64,000 nucleotides of DNA from an uncultured Methanolobus sp. (GTDB lineage Archaea; Halobacteriota; Methanosarcinia; Methanosarcinales; Methanosarcinaceae). The translations under genes and the position numbers were made by a program. Shown here one piece after another: positions 1 to 10,270 of the stretch. The stretch's first letter is position 1. Every line of letters begins with the position of its first letter. The stretch lies in NCBI GenBank assembly GCA_963675495.1, contig OY776215.1, positions 512,001 through 576,000 on the forward strand, given 5' to 3'. The notes beneath the pieces were generated by a model. That model made no database searches, had not been told where the DNA came from, and was given only the letters and a program-made list of their open reading frames with translations.

Positions 1-813
1 ATAATCTACATAGCCGATTGGCTCGGAGTTTATAGACCGGAATGCATCCCTTCTGGATGTGTGCATCTTACGTACCTTGGTTGCACGATGAATTGAACAT
101 TTATCGTCTGATGCTTCACTATGCATGACAACTGTAACCTCGGCAATGTCACTTACAGCAACCTTTGCAGCACATATTGCATTCATGGCATTGTCACTGC
201 TTGGCCTGTCAGCACTTCTCTGTGAACCTACAAACACAATTGGCACAGGAGTATCTATCATAAATGACAATGCTGCGGCAGAGTACATCATAGTGTCAGT
301 ACCATGGGCAATCATTATACCATCAGCACCATCTTTAATCTCTTCCACAACAGCCCGTGAAAGTTCCTGCCAGTACTCAGCCTTCATGTTCTCAGAAAGT
401 ATATTGTAGATAGCCTTTCCACTGAAATTTGCGATCTCAGTAAGTTCAGGAATAGCCTGCAAAATATCATCTGCCGAGAACTGTGAGGTCACAGCGCCGG
501 TCCTGTAATCGATCTTACTGGCAATAGTTCCTCCTGTGGATAGAATAGAAACTTTCGGAAGACCTTTTTTAGGTTTTATTTCCACTTCATCTGCAATTTT
601 TGAGGAAACTTCCATATCCTCTTTTAGTTGTACCACTGAAACAGTAGCACCTCGTGGATCAATACCTGCATTGTAACCACTGACCATCTTGATCACAATA
701 TGTCCGGTGGTGCTGGGCATTGCTATACCTTCATACTCAACACCATCTTTCTCAACCTTTACTCGGTCGCCTTCTTCAAATGTTCTGCTATGCAACATAC
801 AATTCTTTGACAT
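1..813 (-). CDS. gatD: Glu-tRNA(Gln) amidotransferase subunit D (3' end runs off the window)
   Basis: Manual translation from ATG at 813: [52 protein letters not shown]...[20 protein letters not shown] (asparaginase-like TGGTIAS), later HGTDTM. Not in the ORF track because it is truncated. Confidence 0.93.
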   Translation of the reverse strand, partial: MSKNCMLHSRTFEEGDRVKVEKDGVEYEGIAMPSTTGHIVIKMVSGYNAGIDPRGATVSVVQLKEDMEVSSKIADEVEIKPKKGLPKVSILSTGGTIASKIDYRTGAVTSQFSADDILQAIPELTEIANFSGKAIYNILSENMKAEYWQELSRAVVEEIKDGADGIMIAHGTDTMMYSAAALSFMIDTPVPIVFVGSQRSADRPSSDNAMNAICAAKVAVSDIAEVTVVMHSEASDDKCSIHRATKVRKMHTSRRDAFRSINSEPIGYVDY

Positions 814-838
814 GATATCCCTTCAATGATAACGATAA

Positions 839-2323
839 TTATTTTCCCTGCTGATCAATACATTCCTGCGCTGCTGCAAATAATCGATCAAGAGAATTCT
901 CGATCCTGTTGTTCAACTCAGCTATTGCAAACTTCTCTTCTTCAAGAATATCTTCACGTGCAGCGATCGCCCTGCTGATCTCATCCGGGGCTGGGCCGCC
1001 AGTCACACTTCTCTTATCAATATTCAGTATTGGATCCAGAGCTTCAGTGATCATCTCTGCAGTCAGGCCTCTGGAACTTAGACTTTCACCGAGAACATCC
1101 TGTGCGACTTCATCGATCTCAGCAAGAGAAGGATTTCCGTCACCCTTTGCAAGAACTCCAACTATCTGATGTGCGGTCCTGAATGGAATCCCAGCCCCCC
1201 TTACCATTGTGTCAGCAAGTTCTGTAGCAGTTGTGAAACCTGTACTTGATTGTGCTGCCATGACCTCAGCATTCACCTTCATAGTCCCGATCATTCCTGC
1301 CATGATACGAACAGCACTTCGAGTCGTTTCAACTGAACGCCATGCATTTGGAGTGGCTTCCTGAAGGTCTCGGTTATAGCTTAGTGGAAGACCTTTGCAA
1401 ATGGTCAAAAGTGTCATAAGAGAACCCACAGCAACACCTGATTTACCTCGCATGAGTTCGGCAGTATCAGGATTTTTCTTCTGGGGCATAATTGATGATG
1501 TAGAAGCATACATATCATCTAATTCTATGAAATTGAATTCTGTACTGGACCATATAACGATCTCCTCTGCCATCTTACTGAGATTTATCATGATATTGGC
1601 CATCACAGAAGCGGATTCTATTAGAAAATCACGGCTGCTCACAGCATCCATTGAATTTTCAATAATTCCTCCAAAACCAAGAAGAGAACAAGTTCGTTCC
1701 CTGTTCAGATCAAAACCAGTTGATGCAAAAGCTGCTGCTCCAAGAGGGCTTTTATTTACCCTTGAAAATGCATCTGAAACACGGGCTGTATCCCTTGACA
1801 GAGCATCAGAATGTGCGATCAGATGATGAGCCAATGTTGTTGGTTGTGCATGTTGCAGGTGTGTAAAACCCGGCATAAGAGTATTTATGTTATCTGCAGC
1901 TTTATCGATAAGAGAAGCACGCAATGCAGTCAGCTCTTCCATAAGAGAAAGCAACTCATCCCTTAATCTGATCCTCATACAAGTTGCAACTTCATCATTG
2001 CGGGAGCGACCAGAATGCATTCTGCCACCTACCTCTTCACCGACCATGTCAATAAGTCTGGCCTCAAGTGAGATATGAATATCTTCATAACTATAGTCAA
2101 GAGCCTCTATTCCTTCACCTTTAATCTTTAAAAGACCCTGAAGAATAGCACTGCAATCTTCTTCCTTGATAATTCCCTGCTCTTTTAGCATGATGCTATG
2201 TGCCATATCCACCAGAACATCAGCCTCAAATATCCATTTGTCAGCTGCCATTGAAGATGTAAAATCCATTATATCCTTATCAGGAGTGGAAGACAGGCGC
2301 CCTCTGCGTAAAATATCGCTCAT
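839..2323 (-). CDS. argH: Argininosuccinate lyase
   Basis: HSGRSRNDEV, PGFTHLQHAQP, STSSIMPQKKNPD and YNRDLQE signature motifs. Confidence 0.97.
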   Translation of the reverse strand: MSDILRRGRLSSTPDKDIMDFTSSMAADKWIFEADVLVDMAHSIMLKEQGIIKEEDCSAILQGLLKIKGEGIEALDYSYEDIHISLEARLIDMVGEEVGGRMHSGRSRNDEVATCMRIRLRDELLSLMEELTALRASLIDKAADNINTLMPGFTHLQHAQPTTLAHHLIAHSDALSRDTARVSDAFSRVNKSPLGAAAFASTGFDLNRERTCSLLGFGGIIENSMDAVSSRDFLIESASVMANIMINLSKMAEEIVIWSSTEFNFIELDDMYASTSSIMPQKKNPDTAELMRGKSGVAVGSLMTLLTICKGLPLSYNRDLQEATPNAWRSVETTRSAVRIMAGMIGTMKVNAEVMAAQSSTGFTTATELADTMVRGAGIPFRTAHQIVGVLAKGDGNPSLAEIDEVAQDVLGESLSSRGLTAEMITEALDPILNIDKRSVTGGPAPDEISRAIAAREDILEEEKFAIAELNNRIENSLDRLFAAAQECIDQQGK

Positions 2324-2538
2324 TTGAACCCTCGTGATTATAAAACATAGTAAAAAGTAATCCTGATTTGTAGCGTGCTATTGGTCTAAATACTTAAATA
2401 AGAATCGGTTTTTTAGACGTTCACAAACCATTTGCAGCATCCTTACAACTTAAGAGAATCTGTATATACTATTTACAATATAATAACACAAACATATAAT
2501 CAGTTGATTCATAAAGCAATCAATATTGAGGAAATGAA

Positions 2539-3381
2539 ATGAGAACAAGAAACATGTACTTCTTCATCCTGCTTATCTTTCTGTCAATTGTAGCAGGAGG
2601 GTGTATCAGTGAAGATAATGAAAACACCGAATCTGTGAATCAGGCTGCAGGTATCGATAATAAATCAAGTGATTTGGAAAACGATACATTATATCAGTTC
2701 TCTATAATAGATGCTCTCCTTGAAGGCGTATATGACGGAGAAATAAGCTGTGCAGAGCTCAAAGAAAAAGGTGACTTCGGACTTGGAACATTTGACAAAC
2801 TTGACGGGGAAATGCTGGAACTTGATGGCATAATCTATCAGGTCAAAGCAGATGGCCAGATATATGAAGTCGAAGATTCCGTAACATCACCTTTTGCAGC
2901 TGTCACTTTCTTTGAGACTGACATCGAAGATACAATAGATGAGCAAATGAACAGCCAGCAGTTAGCAGAACACATTAAAGCACTTTTCCCAGGCCAGAAT
3001 GTAATGTATGCTGTAAAGATAACAGGCAAGTTCGACTACATGAAAACACGTAGTGTAGCAGCACAGGAAAAACCTTATCCCAGACTTGTTGAAGTAACTA
3101 AGGATCAGTCTGTTTTCGAGTTCAATGATACTGAAGGCACAATAATCGGATACTGGATGCCTGAATACGTTGATGGCATAAATGTACCGGGTTATCACCT
3201 GCACTTCATCACACAGGACAGGACAGGAGGCGGACATATACTGGATTATACAATCAGTTCAGGAAATGTAGAAATAGACAGTACAGATAATTTCTATCTG
3301 GAGCTTCCAACAAACAATAATTATCTTAGCAAAGGTCTTTCACAGGACACAGAAGGTGAACTTGAAGAAGCTGAAAATTGA
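2539..3381 (+). CDS. budA: Alpha-acetolactate decarboxylase with lipoprotein-type signal peptide
   Basis: LYQFSIIDALLEGVYDG, GDFGLGTFDKLDGEM, GYHLHF and GGHILD zinc motifs; N-terminal hydrophobic stretch ending AGGC. Confidence 0.88.
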   Translation: MRTRNMYFFILLIFLSIVAGGCISEDNENTESVNQAAGIDNKSSDLENDTLYQFSIIDALLEGVYDGEISCAELKEKGDFGLGTFDKLDGEMLELDGIIYQVKADGQIYEVEDSVTSPFAAVTFFETDIEDTIDEQMNSQQLAEHIKALFPGQNVMYAVKITGKFDYMKTRSVAAQEKPYPRLVEVTKDQSVFEFNDTEGTIIGYWMPEYVDGINVPGYHLHFITQDRTGGGHILDYTISSGNVEIDSTDNFYLELPTNNNYLSKGLSQDTEGELEEAEN

Positions 3382-5270
3382 GCTTGCCTTAAAGGGACAC
3401 GCACATGAACTTTTGTCCCCTTCCCTTCTTTACTTTCAATCCATATTTTTCCATCGTGGTTTTCCACAATTATTTTGCTTATGTAAAGCCCAAGACCATT
3501 CCCACCATAATTCCTGGTTGATGAACTATCTATCTGATAGAATTTCTGGAACAGGTTTTGAAGATCCTTTTCGGAAATACCAATGCCAGTATCTTCTATT
3601 ACCACATGGACCTCCTTATGCTCTTTAAATGCCAAGAGATGGATCGCCCCATGATCAGGTGTGAATTTTATTGCGTTATCCATCAAACTGGTGAATACCT
3701 GAGGAAGATAGGTCCTGTCAGCATCAATTAAACATGTTTCAAAATCAACATCTGTGTGAATATGCATGTTTTTCTCTTTGATCGTATCAAAGAAAAGGTT
3801 CACAATGTTAGTTAGAAGAGAAGAAAGCTCGATCTGCTCGAAATTGTACCTTATAGTTCCGTTCTGGTTAGTACTTACAAAAAGCAGGGAATCAATCAAA
3901 TTCTGCAGCTTGCTTGATTTTGTCACAACACGCCCAATCGCATCCATTTGTCCATCGTTCAGTGAACCGAGAGTACCATCATACAAAAGCTCGCTGAATC
4001 CTTTTATGGAAGTAAGCGGTGTGTTAAGTTCATGTCGCAGGTTAGAAAGGAATTCATCCTTGAGCTGGTCAAGAGACTTTAACTCCTCATATGCCCGTTC
4101 TAATTCACTTGTTGACTGCTTTAAGGCATCCTCTGTTTCCTTGCGTTCGGTAATGTCACGTATGTGGCTCACAGCCATTATTACATCACCTTTTGTATCA
4201 TAGACAGGGAATATACGGAAATCCCTCACTTTGTTGTTAACGGAGTCAATGTGCTCGAATTCTTTCATGCTGCCTGTTGAGAAAACATCCTTTACAGGAC
4301 AGGGGTCACAAGGCATCAGATTATGGGTAAAACAGTCATAGATCTGTGGATGCATTTCTTCACTCTGCGGAGGAGAGATTATGTCACTCTTCCAGTTGCT
4401 GGTAACGATCTTCATTTCTCTGTCCACAACAACAATAAGGTCCTGCAAGGCATTGAAAGTGCTTGTTAGAAGTTCTTTCTGGTTTTGTAATTCTTCTTCT
4501 GAATTCTTGTTTGAGGTTACATCAGCAATAAGACCGATGCCACCATCTATAGTATTGTCTTTTGACCTCAAAGGAACATAATAAGATTTCAGATAGATCT
4601 CCCTGCCTGATACCCGTGCAGAGTATTCATTTTCATAAAATGGACTTGAAGACTCCAAATATCCGGCAAGAAGCTGATTTAAACGGTCATCATTTACAAA
4701 ATCAAAAATCTCTGCACCTACAACATCATTTTTTGAAACTCCAAAGATGTTGAGGAAACTTCTGTTGCAGTGGCTTATAGTCCCCTGTTGATCCATAAAT
4801 ATCCCAAGGGGAGAAACATCGAATATCATCCTGTATCTTTTCTCAGAATTAAGAAGAGCCTCTTCTACATGTTTTCTTTCTATAACTTTACAGAGACGTG
4901 ATGTTATTACATTCAGTAACCGTTGCTCATCTTCCAGAAATGGACCAATATCATGTAAAGGGCATTCCTCACGGTAAGATACACTAAGAAAACCACGTTT
5001 ATTGCCATGAACTATAATATTACTGGACAAGGATTGCTTGTTCTTTTCAAACATACTTGTTTGGTATAATTCCCCATCCAGACCTATACAAGACTCAGCA
5101 AGTTCAGCATAAATAAAAGCTGGTGGCAGTCTTTGTATTATACCTTTTAGAAGGGACTCGAGCGGTACATGCAGATCGAACAGATCTGATATACTATAGA
5201 TACATTCAAGTTCCCTTTCCCTCTTTTTCATAATGTCTATTTTTTCTTCGAAAGTAATGATCCACACCAC
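3321..5270 (-). CDS. Cytoplasmic PAS-domain sensor histidine kinase
   Basis: Two PAS-like regions, H-box LRHELNTPL, N-box DNAIKFT, DTGIGI, GGNGLGL; 3' end overlaps budA convergently. Confidence 0.92.
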   Translation of the reverse strand: MVWIITFEEKIDIMKKRERELECIYSISDLFDLHVPLESLLKGIIQRLPPAFIYAELAESCIGLDGELYQTSMFEKNKQSLSSNIIVHGNKRGFLSVSYREECPLHDIGPFLEDEQRLLNVITSRLCKVIERKHVEEALLNSEKRYRMIFDVSPLGIFMDQQGTISHCNRSFLNIFGVSKNDVVGAEIFDFVNDDRLNQLLAGYLESSSPFYENEYSARVSGREIYLKSYYVPLRSKDNTIDGGIGLIADVTSNKNSEEELQNQKELLTSTFNALQDLIVVVDREMKIVTSNWKSDIISPPQSEEMHPQIYDCFTHNLMPCDPCPVKDVFSTGSMKEFEHIDSVNNKVRDFRIFPVYDTKGDVIMAVSHIRDITERKETEDALKQSTSELERAYEELKSLDQLKDEFLSNLRHELNTPLTSIKGFSELLYDGTLGSLNDGQMDAIGRVVTKSSKLQNLIDSLLFVSTNQNGTIRYNFEQIELSSLLTNIVNLFFDTIKEKNMHIHTDVDFETCLIDADRTYLPQVFTSLMDNAIKFTPDHGAIHLLAFKEHKEVHVVIEDTGIGISEKDLQNLFQKFYQIDSSSTRNYGGNGLGLYISKIIVENHDGKIWIESKEGKGTKVHVRVPLRQAQFSASSSSPSVSCERPLLR

Positions 5271-5452
5271 ATATTGATTAAAAATATAATATTGTAATTT
5301 ATATTATTAATATTAATAGATTTTGTTTGGACATAACTTTTCAAATACCCGGAAAGAAATTGCTTATACTATGCTATTAAATAGATAGGAATCCATAAAT
5401 GAGTTCCATAAATGCCATATGGCACAAAAATGATTGGATAATAGGTGAATAA

Positions 5453-6610
5453 ATGTATTCTGACAGGATAAACTCATTGCCCCCGTATTTGTTTGCAACA
5501 ATAGACGAGTCTAAAGCAGCTATGAAAGCAAAAGGAGTAGATGTTATAGACCTGGGAGTCGGTGACCCGGACCAGCCAACACCTGCCCATATTGTTGATT
5601 CAATGTGCGAAGCTGTGCGCAACCCTGAAACTCACAAATACCCTTCATACGCAGGAATGCCTGCCTTCAGGAAAGCTGCTGCTGACTGGTGTAAAGAAAG
5701 CAGAGGACTGGATTTAGACCCTGCATCTGAGGCTCTTACCTTTATCGGATCAAAAGAAGGTATTGCACATATACCACTTGCTTTTATCAACCCGGGTGAT
5801 ATAGCACTTTGCCCGGATCCCGCATATCCCGTATACAAAATAGGAACAGAGTTCGCTGGTGGAGAAGCCCATATTATGCCGCTTCTCGAAGAAAATGGCT
5901 TCCTGCCTGATCTGGATGCAATTCCAAAGGACAAACTTGAAAAAGCAAAGTTGATGTTCCTGAACTATCCAAATAACCCAACAGCAGCAATTGCTGATAA
6001 CAAGTTCTTTGAAGAGGTTGTACAGTTTGCACGCGATAATGATATCGTTGTCGTACATGACAATGCTTACTCTGAAATGACCTACGATAACTACAAGGCA
6101 CCAAGTTTTTTGAGTGTCGACGGCGCAATGGACGTGGGAATTGAGATCTACTCCCTTTCCAAGACATATAATATGACAGGATGGAGACTTGCCTTTGCAG
6201 TTGGTAACAAACAAATAATATCCGGTATCGGAAAGGTCAAATCCAATGTGGACTCGGGGGCTTTCGACGCTATCCAGATGGCAGGTATTACAGCGCTTAG
6301 CAGCTCCCAGCAATGTGTTTCAGACATGAATCAGATCTATGTGAAAAGAAGAGATACCCTGTTAAAAGGACTTCACGAACTGGGACTTGATGTCAAGCCA
6401 CCTAAAGCAACATTCTACGTATGGGCACCTGTCCCTGATGGCTATGATTCAGTAGGATTTGCAAAACTGCTGCTTGAGACCGCAGGAATTGTGGCAACGC
6501 CTGGCGTTGGATTTGGAACTTACGGTGAAGGCTACATAAGGTTTGCACTTACACGCTCAGTTGAGAGAATTGATGAAGCAGTAGAAAGGATGAGCAAATT
6601 AAATATATAA
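5453..6610 (+). CDS. dapL: LL-diaminopimelate aminotransferase (PLP class I/II)
   Basis: [42 protein letters not shown]. Confidence 0.88.
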   Translation: MYSDRINSLPPYLFATIDESKAAMKAKGVDVIDLGVGDPDQPTPAHIVDSMCEAVRNPETHKYPSYAGMPAFRKAAADWCKESRGLDLDPASEALTFIGSKEGIAHIPLAFINPGDIALCPDPAYPVYKIGTEFAGGEAHIMPLLEENGFLPDLDAIPKDKLEKAKLMFLNYPNNPTAAIADNKFFEEVVQFARDNDIVVVHDNAYSEMTYDNYKAPSFLSVDGAMDVGIEIYSLSKTYNMTGWRLAFAVGNKQIISGIGKVKSNVDSGAFDAIQMAGITALSSSQQCVSDMNQIYVKRRDTLLKGLHELGLDVKPPKATFYVWAPVPDGYDSVGFAKLLLETAGIVATPGVGFGTYGEGYIRFALTRSVERIDEAVERMSKLNI

Positions 6611-6868
6611 TGTTGCTTACCTTTTCCTCTATCTTTTTTATCCTTAGTTTTTTTTATTTTTAGCTTAACAGTACAATTAGTATCCCCATTATCGAAGAGA
6701 GATATCTATTTAGACTGAACAGCCAAATAAGGAGTATATATAAGTATATAATATAAAAATAAAATATATATTTAAATTGTATTTATGTTGCTGAAAATAA
6801 ATATATGAACATAACTCCCTAAAATAACTACATTCCACCAATATACATGAGCACACTTCTATGCAGGT

Positions 6869-7264
6869 ATGCTCTCCAAAAACATCAATAAAGAGTGGTT
6901 GCGTACAGAAGAGATATCAGACTTCCTGCATGATGCCAGATACATAATCCTGCTTTACATAGCAGGAGATTTCCTGACTACATTCCATGCACTCAACAAC
7001 GGATACGGGTTTGAGGAAAATGGTTTGCTTTCAGGCATAATGGCAGATAATGGGATCTGGTCATTGCTACTTATTAAAATGCTTATCCTGCTTGTAATAT
7101 ACTGGAATTACAGAGCAATAAAGACATCCGTACATTCCTATGCAAAGAAACTATGGGACTTTTCCAGAACAGGGATCAGTCTTTTCGGACTTATACTTGT
7201 GATCAATAACATGATGGTAATTCTTGTAAGATTAAGCCTGTTCGAGTACCTGGGCCTCTCCTGA
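6869..7264 (+). CDS. Small multi-pass membrane protein, DUF5658-like
   Basis: Three hydrophobic segments; GDFLTT...G.EEN..L motif. Confidence 0.6.
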   Translation: MLSKNINKEWLRTEEISDFLHDARYIILLYIAGDFLTTFHALNNGYGFEENGLLSGIMADNGIWSLLLIKMLILLVIYWNYRAIKTSVHSYAKKLWDFSRTGISLFGLILVINNMMVILVRLSLFEYLGLS

Positions 7265-8287
7265 AAGAGACTCTTTTAGATCAGTGGCTTTCATGTTTAT
7301 CACCATTTCAGCAATATCAGAACTATATTCAGCAATACGATGGAAGCTTGCAATTATTTTTCTTTTTCGTTCACCAGAAAGACAGTAGGTTTCCCCGGAA
7401 ACTTCAGACTTCTGACTAATCTTGTTACCAAGTGTAGAGATCATTCTGGATGTCCTTATTACATGGTTGGCAAGGTCAGTATTCATTTCCAGTAGAGACC
7501 TGAAGGAATCCTGGAATAGCTTCTGGGAAAGCAATCCCATCTCAACTACATCCTTATTTTCTTCGCTGTTACCGTCCATCTGAATAACAGTATTTGCTAT
7601 TTCCTGAACGTGATCACCTATACGTTCCATCAATTTAATGATCAAGCGATATCCAAGACAATCCTTGGAGTTCTCTATACCTATTTTCCGGGCAAGGTTT
7701 GAATCATCAAGAGCTGCTTTTATCTGCCTGACGCTTAATAGATAGAATTTATCAACATCATTATCCCTCTGGGCGATATCTCTGGCAAGTTCGATATCAA
7801 CTTCCCTCAAAGCAACAATTGAATCTTCCATCATGGAAAAAATAATACGGAACATGCTTTGCAGGGATTTTTCCAGGGTTATATCCTGGAACTTCAGAAG
7901 ATTTTGAAGTACTACTTCTGTCCTGGATTCTTCAACTATCTCAATTCCGATGAGACGTTTGCGTGCGGAATCCTTGAGATATTTGCGCTCAGCTGCCGTA
8001 AAACCTCTAGAAGAAACAACACGGATAATATCATATCCAACAAGATAATTCGCAACAAGGAATCTGAAATTCTCCTCTTGGTCGTCAGAAATGGTCATTT
8101 CTACCATTGAACGACGAGCCAGTTTCTTGTTACCTGAATCAGGAGTTATAGATAGCGAACGGTCTGGTTTTATATTAAGGAGAACAGTATCTCCTGCACC
8201 AAGTCCGCCCTCCCTTACCCACTCAATAGGAAGGGAAACTATGTATGTCGAACCGCCTGTCAACTGAATCTTTCTTTTATGAGATAT
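7232..8287 (-). CDS. AbrB/SpoVT-domain plus double PhoU-domain phosphate regulator (copy 1)
   Basis: KRKIQLTGGSTYIVSLPIEW AbrB N-terminus; RDNDVDKFY, MERIGDH and RIAEYSSDIAE PhoU motifs. The frame extends upstream of the called TTG (8263); the start at 8287 (ATA) is inferred. Confidence 0.9.
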   Translation of the reverse strand: MSHKRKIQLTGGSTYIVSLPIEWVREGGLGAGDTVLLNIKPDRSLSITPDSGNKKLARRSMVEMTISDDQEENFRFLVANYLVGYDIIRVVSSRGFTAAERKYLKDSARKRLIGIEIVEESRTEVVLQNLLKFQDITLEKSLQSMFRIIFSMMEDSIVALREVDIELARDIAQRDNDVDKFYLLSVRQIKAALDDSNLARKIGIENSKDCLGYRLIIKLMERIGDHVQEIANTVIQMDGNSEENKDVVEMGLLSQKLFQDSFRSLLEMNTDLANHVIRTSRMISTLGNKISQKSEVSGETYCLSGERKRKIIASFHRIAEYSSDIAEMVINMKATDLKESLSGEAQVLEQA

Positions 8288-8313
8288 GTATATCCATCCT
8301 TTATTTTGTGATC

Positions 8314-9444
8314 TTAAGAGATTGTCAGGTTGCCCGAAACATGACTGAGTTTGGAGGTCATACCGTCGTCATCTATAACCATCAGGTCAATAGTCAGATT
8401 GTTAGCAGTATTAGGATAATTAGTGATAACGGGCCTTACAACCATCCCAGAGAGACTAGTATAATTATAAATTTGATTAGAGTCTTCCCATATAGCCCAT
8501 CTGTAACCTGTTATGAAACCATCTGAATCCACTGAATCCGATGCATCCAGTATCCAATAATTTTTAATCGTGGGAGTTCCATTTCCATCGAGAATTGATT
8601 CCACTTTGAACTGCACTTCGGCCACCGGCATTGGTGGAGTGAAAAGCTCCCTGAATACGTTGATATAGGATGTTATCATTTCGATTTTAAGAGGGTCGTT
8701 TTCAGAAGGAGCATTTCCCACATATGAAAGGAAGTCAATTGTGTATGAGATATCGTAAGCAGACGTGTTTGTAAGACTGCCGCCAAAATCTGAACCGAAG
8801 AATGTTATCTGTCTGCTCTCATTATCTATCAAATAATTGCCTGCTTCGGTACATGTTGTTGAATTAACAGAATCGTTCACATGGTAATCGTAATGAATAT
8901 CGCCGTAGGCAGGCCATGGATGTTTTTGCAGTGAATATGTGAAATTAATGCTGTTATTAGTCCATGTAGAATTGTCTATGATTTCTGTGCCCTCTACAGT
9001 AATATCCGAAAAGTTAAGGTGAACGGTCTTGCTTTTTGTTGCAGGTATCTTTAACCTATGGTTTGCACTATAAACTGCAGGGTAGTTCCTGTAAACATCG
9101 AATGTACCTGGACTGTCATATGCTTTGAAATGTAGAAAATACCCGTTATTCACGCTTATTGAAGAAATATAGGAATCCTCAATATTGAGATTTAGTATTT
9201 TCAGGTCAATGGACTGCCATGTGGAACCATTGCCAACTGGATCCATAGAAACAATTTTAAGATCCTCGTTCTCAACAGATGTTTGATGGCTTTCAAGTTC
9301 CATAGCTTGTTTCTGCGTTGTAGAGATCATGTAAGCAACGCTTGAAGCGGCGATTATTGTAATTAGTATCAGAAGTAGCGTGCCAAATATGACTGAAACT
9401 CCACGTGTATCCTTTAAAAACGCTTTCATATCGTTACCAACCAT
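8314..9444 (-). CDS. Archaeal type IV pilin-like protein with class III signal peptide and C-terminal PKD-like domain
   Basis: KDTRG/VSVIFGTLLLILITIIAA prepilin N-terminus; C-terminal LDASDSVDSDGFITGYRW...LMVIDDDG. Confidence 0.85.
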   Translation of the reverse strand: MVGNDMKAFLKDTRGVSVIFGTLLLILITIIAASSVAYMISTTQKQAMELESHQTSVENEDLKIVSMDPVGNGSTWQSIDLKILNLNIEDSYISSISVNNGYFLHFKAYDSPGTFDVYRNYPAVYSANHRLKIPATKSKTVHLNFSDITVEGTEIIDNSTWTNNSINFTYSLQKHPWPAYGDIHYDYHVNDSVNSTTCTEAGNYLIDNESRQITFFGSDFGGSLTNTSAYDISYTIDFLSYVGNAPSENDPLKIEMITSYINVFRELFTPPMPVAEVQFKVESILDGNGTPTIKNYWILDASDSVDSDGFITGYRWAIWEDSNQIYNYTSLSGMVVRPVITNYPNTANNLTIDLMVIDDDGMTSKLSHVSGNLTIS

Positions 9445-9483
9445 CTGTGATGAGAAAGCCGATTACTGATTATATACTTTATT

Positions 9484-9500
9484 CCTATAATATATATAGG
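9484..9500. promoter_or_regulatory. Near-palindromic operator CCTATA-N5-TATAGG abutting the BRE/TATA of the pilin gene
   Basis: Minus strand reads CCTATATATATTATAGG-AATAAAG-TATATAA; 16/17 identical to 11100-11116. Confidence 0.55.
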
Positions 9501-9549
9501 CCACCATAATCTATTTACTTAGCATGATTATTCCAAAACCATTTAAGCA

Positions 9550-10245
9550 ATGATTACTTTTAGAGCTTTGATGGTGCTTACTAGCTTCGGTTTGAAAAAC
9601 GTACCTGCCAATGTGGTACTGTTAATAGAGGAAGATATAGGAGATGTAAAGAGTGTATTCTTCCGCAAGATAAGCTCCGATGCACTAACGCTCGGAAAAA
9701 AAGTACATTACATATCAACAAGAAGTTCCGGAAAGGATATTACGGCTGAACTAAGTGAATCTGCCACCACGAGCCTGTCGGAGAACTTTACAATCATAGG
9801 TAACTTTTCAGACCCTGTGGCATTGCTTGATATGTGTTACAGAAGACATAATCTATGCAATAGGCTTTATGGAGAAAATGCAGGCCCATTGCACAATATA
9901 ATCGATGCAGATGTTTGCATCATAGACATGTTCTCCTCACTTTTCATTCATGAGGAAATCGAGGTCATTTCCGAGGCAATTAGATCACTCATCAATATCA
10001 GCAGGGAAGCAAACATCACATTCCTGCTCTCGGCAGACATGGGCATACTTCCCGAGAGGGCTGAGAAGATCATCCGCTCCATGGTTGACGGCGTAATCCA
10101 GTTCAGGACAGAGTACACCGGGGACAAGATTAACAGATTCATAAACATCCCTAAAATGAAAGGCAGTCTCCCCCTGAATAAAATGATAGCCTACAATGTC
10201 ACCAGACAGGGAATCACCATGGATACAAGGGAAAGGGTTGGTTAA
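9550..10245 (+). CDS. KaiC/RAD55/FlaH-like RecA-superfamily ATPase, degenerate Walker A
   Basis: VVLLIEEDIGDVKS (P-loop position), VCIIDMFS (Walker B), VDGVIQFR...RFINIPKMKG C-terminal KaiC-type motif. Confidence 0.8.
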   Translation: MITFRALMVLTSFGLKNVPANVVLLIEEDIGDVKSVFFRKISSDALTLGKKVHYISTRSSGKDITAELSESATTSLSENFTIIGNFSDPVALLDMCYRRHNLCNRLYGENAGPLHNIIDADVCIIDMFSSLFIHEEIEVISEAIRSLINISREANITFLLSADMGILPERAEKIIRSMVDGVIQFRTEYTGDKINRFINIPKMKGSLPLNKMIAYNVTRQGITMDTRERVG

Positions 10246-10270
10246 TATTCCATGAAGAATTCTACCGGGT

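Noticed and set aside
3321-3381. 61-nt convergent overlap of the histidine kinase and budA
   Set aside because: The kinase tail after the last HATPase strand is low-information, most likely simple stop-codon drift.
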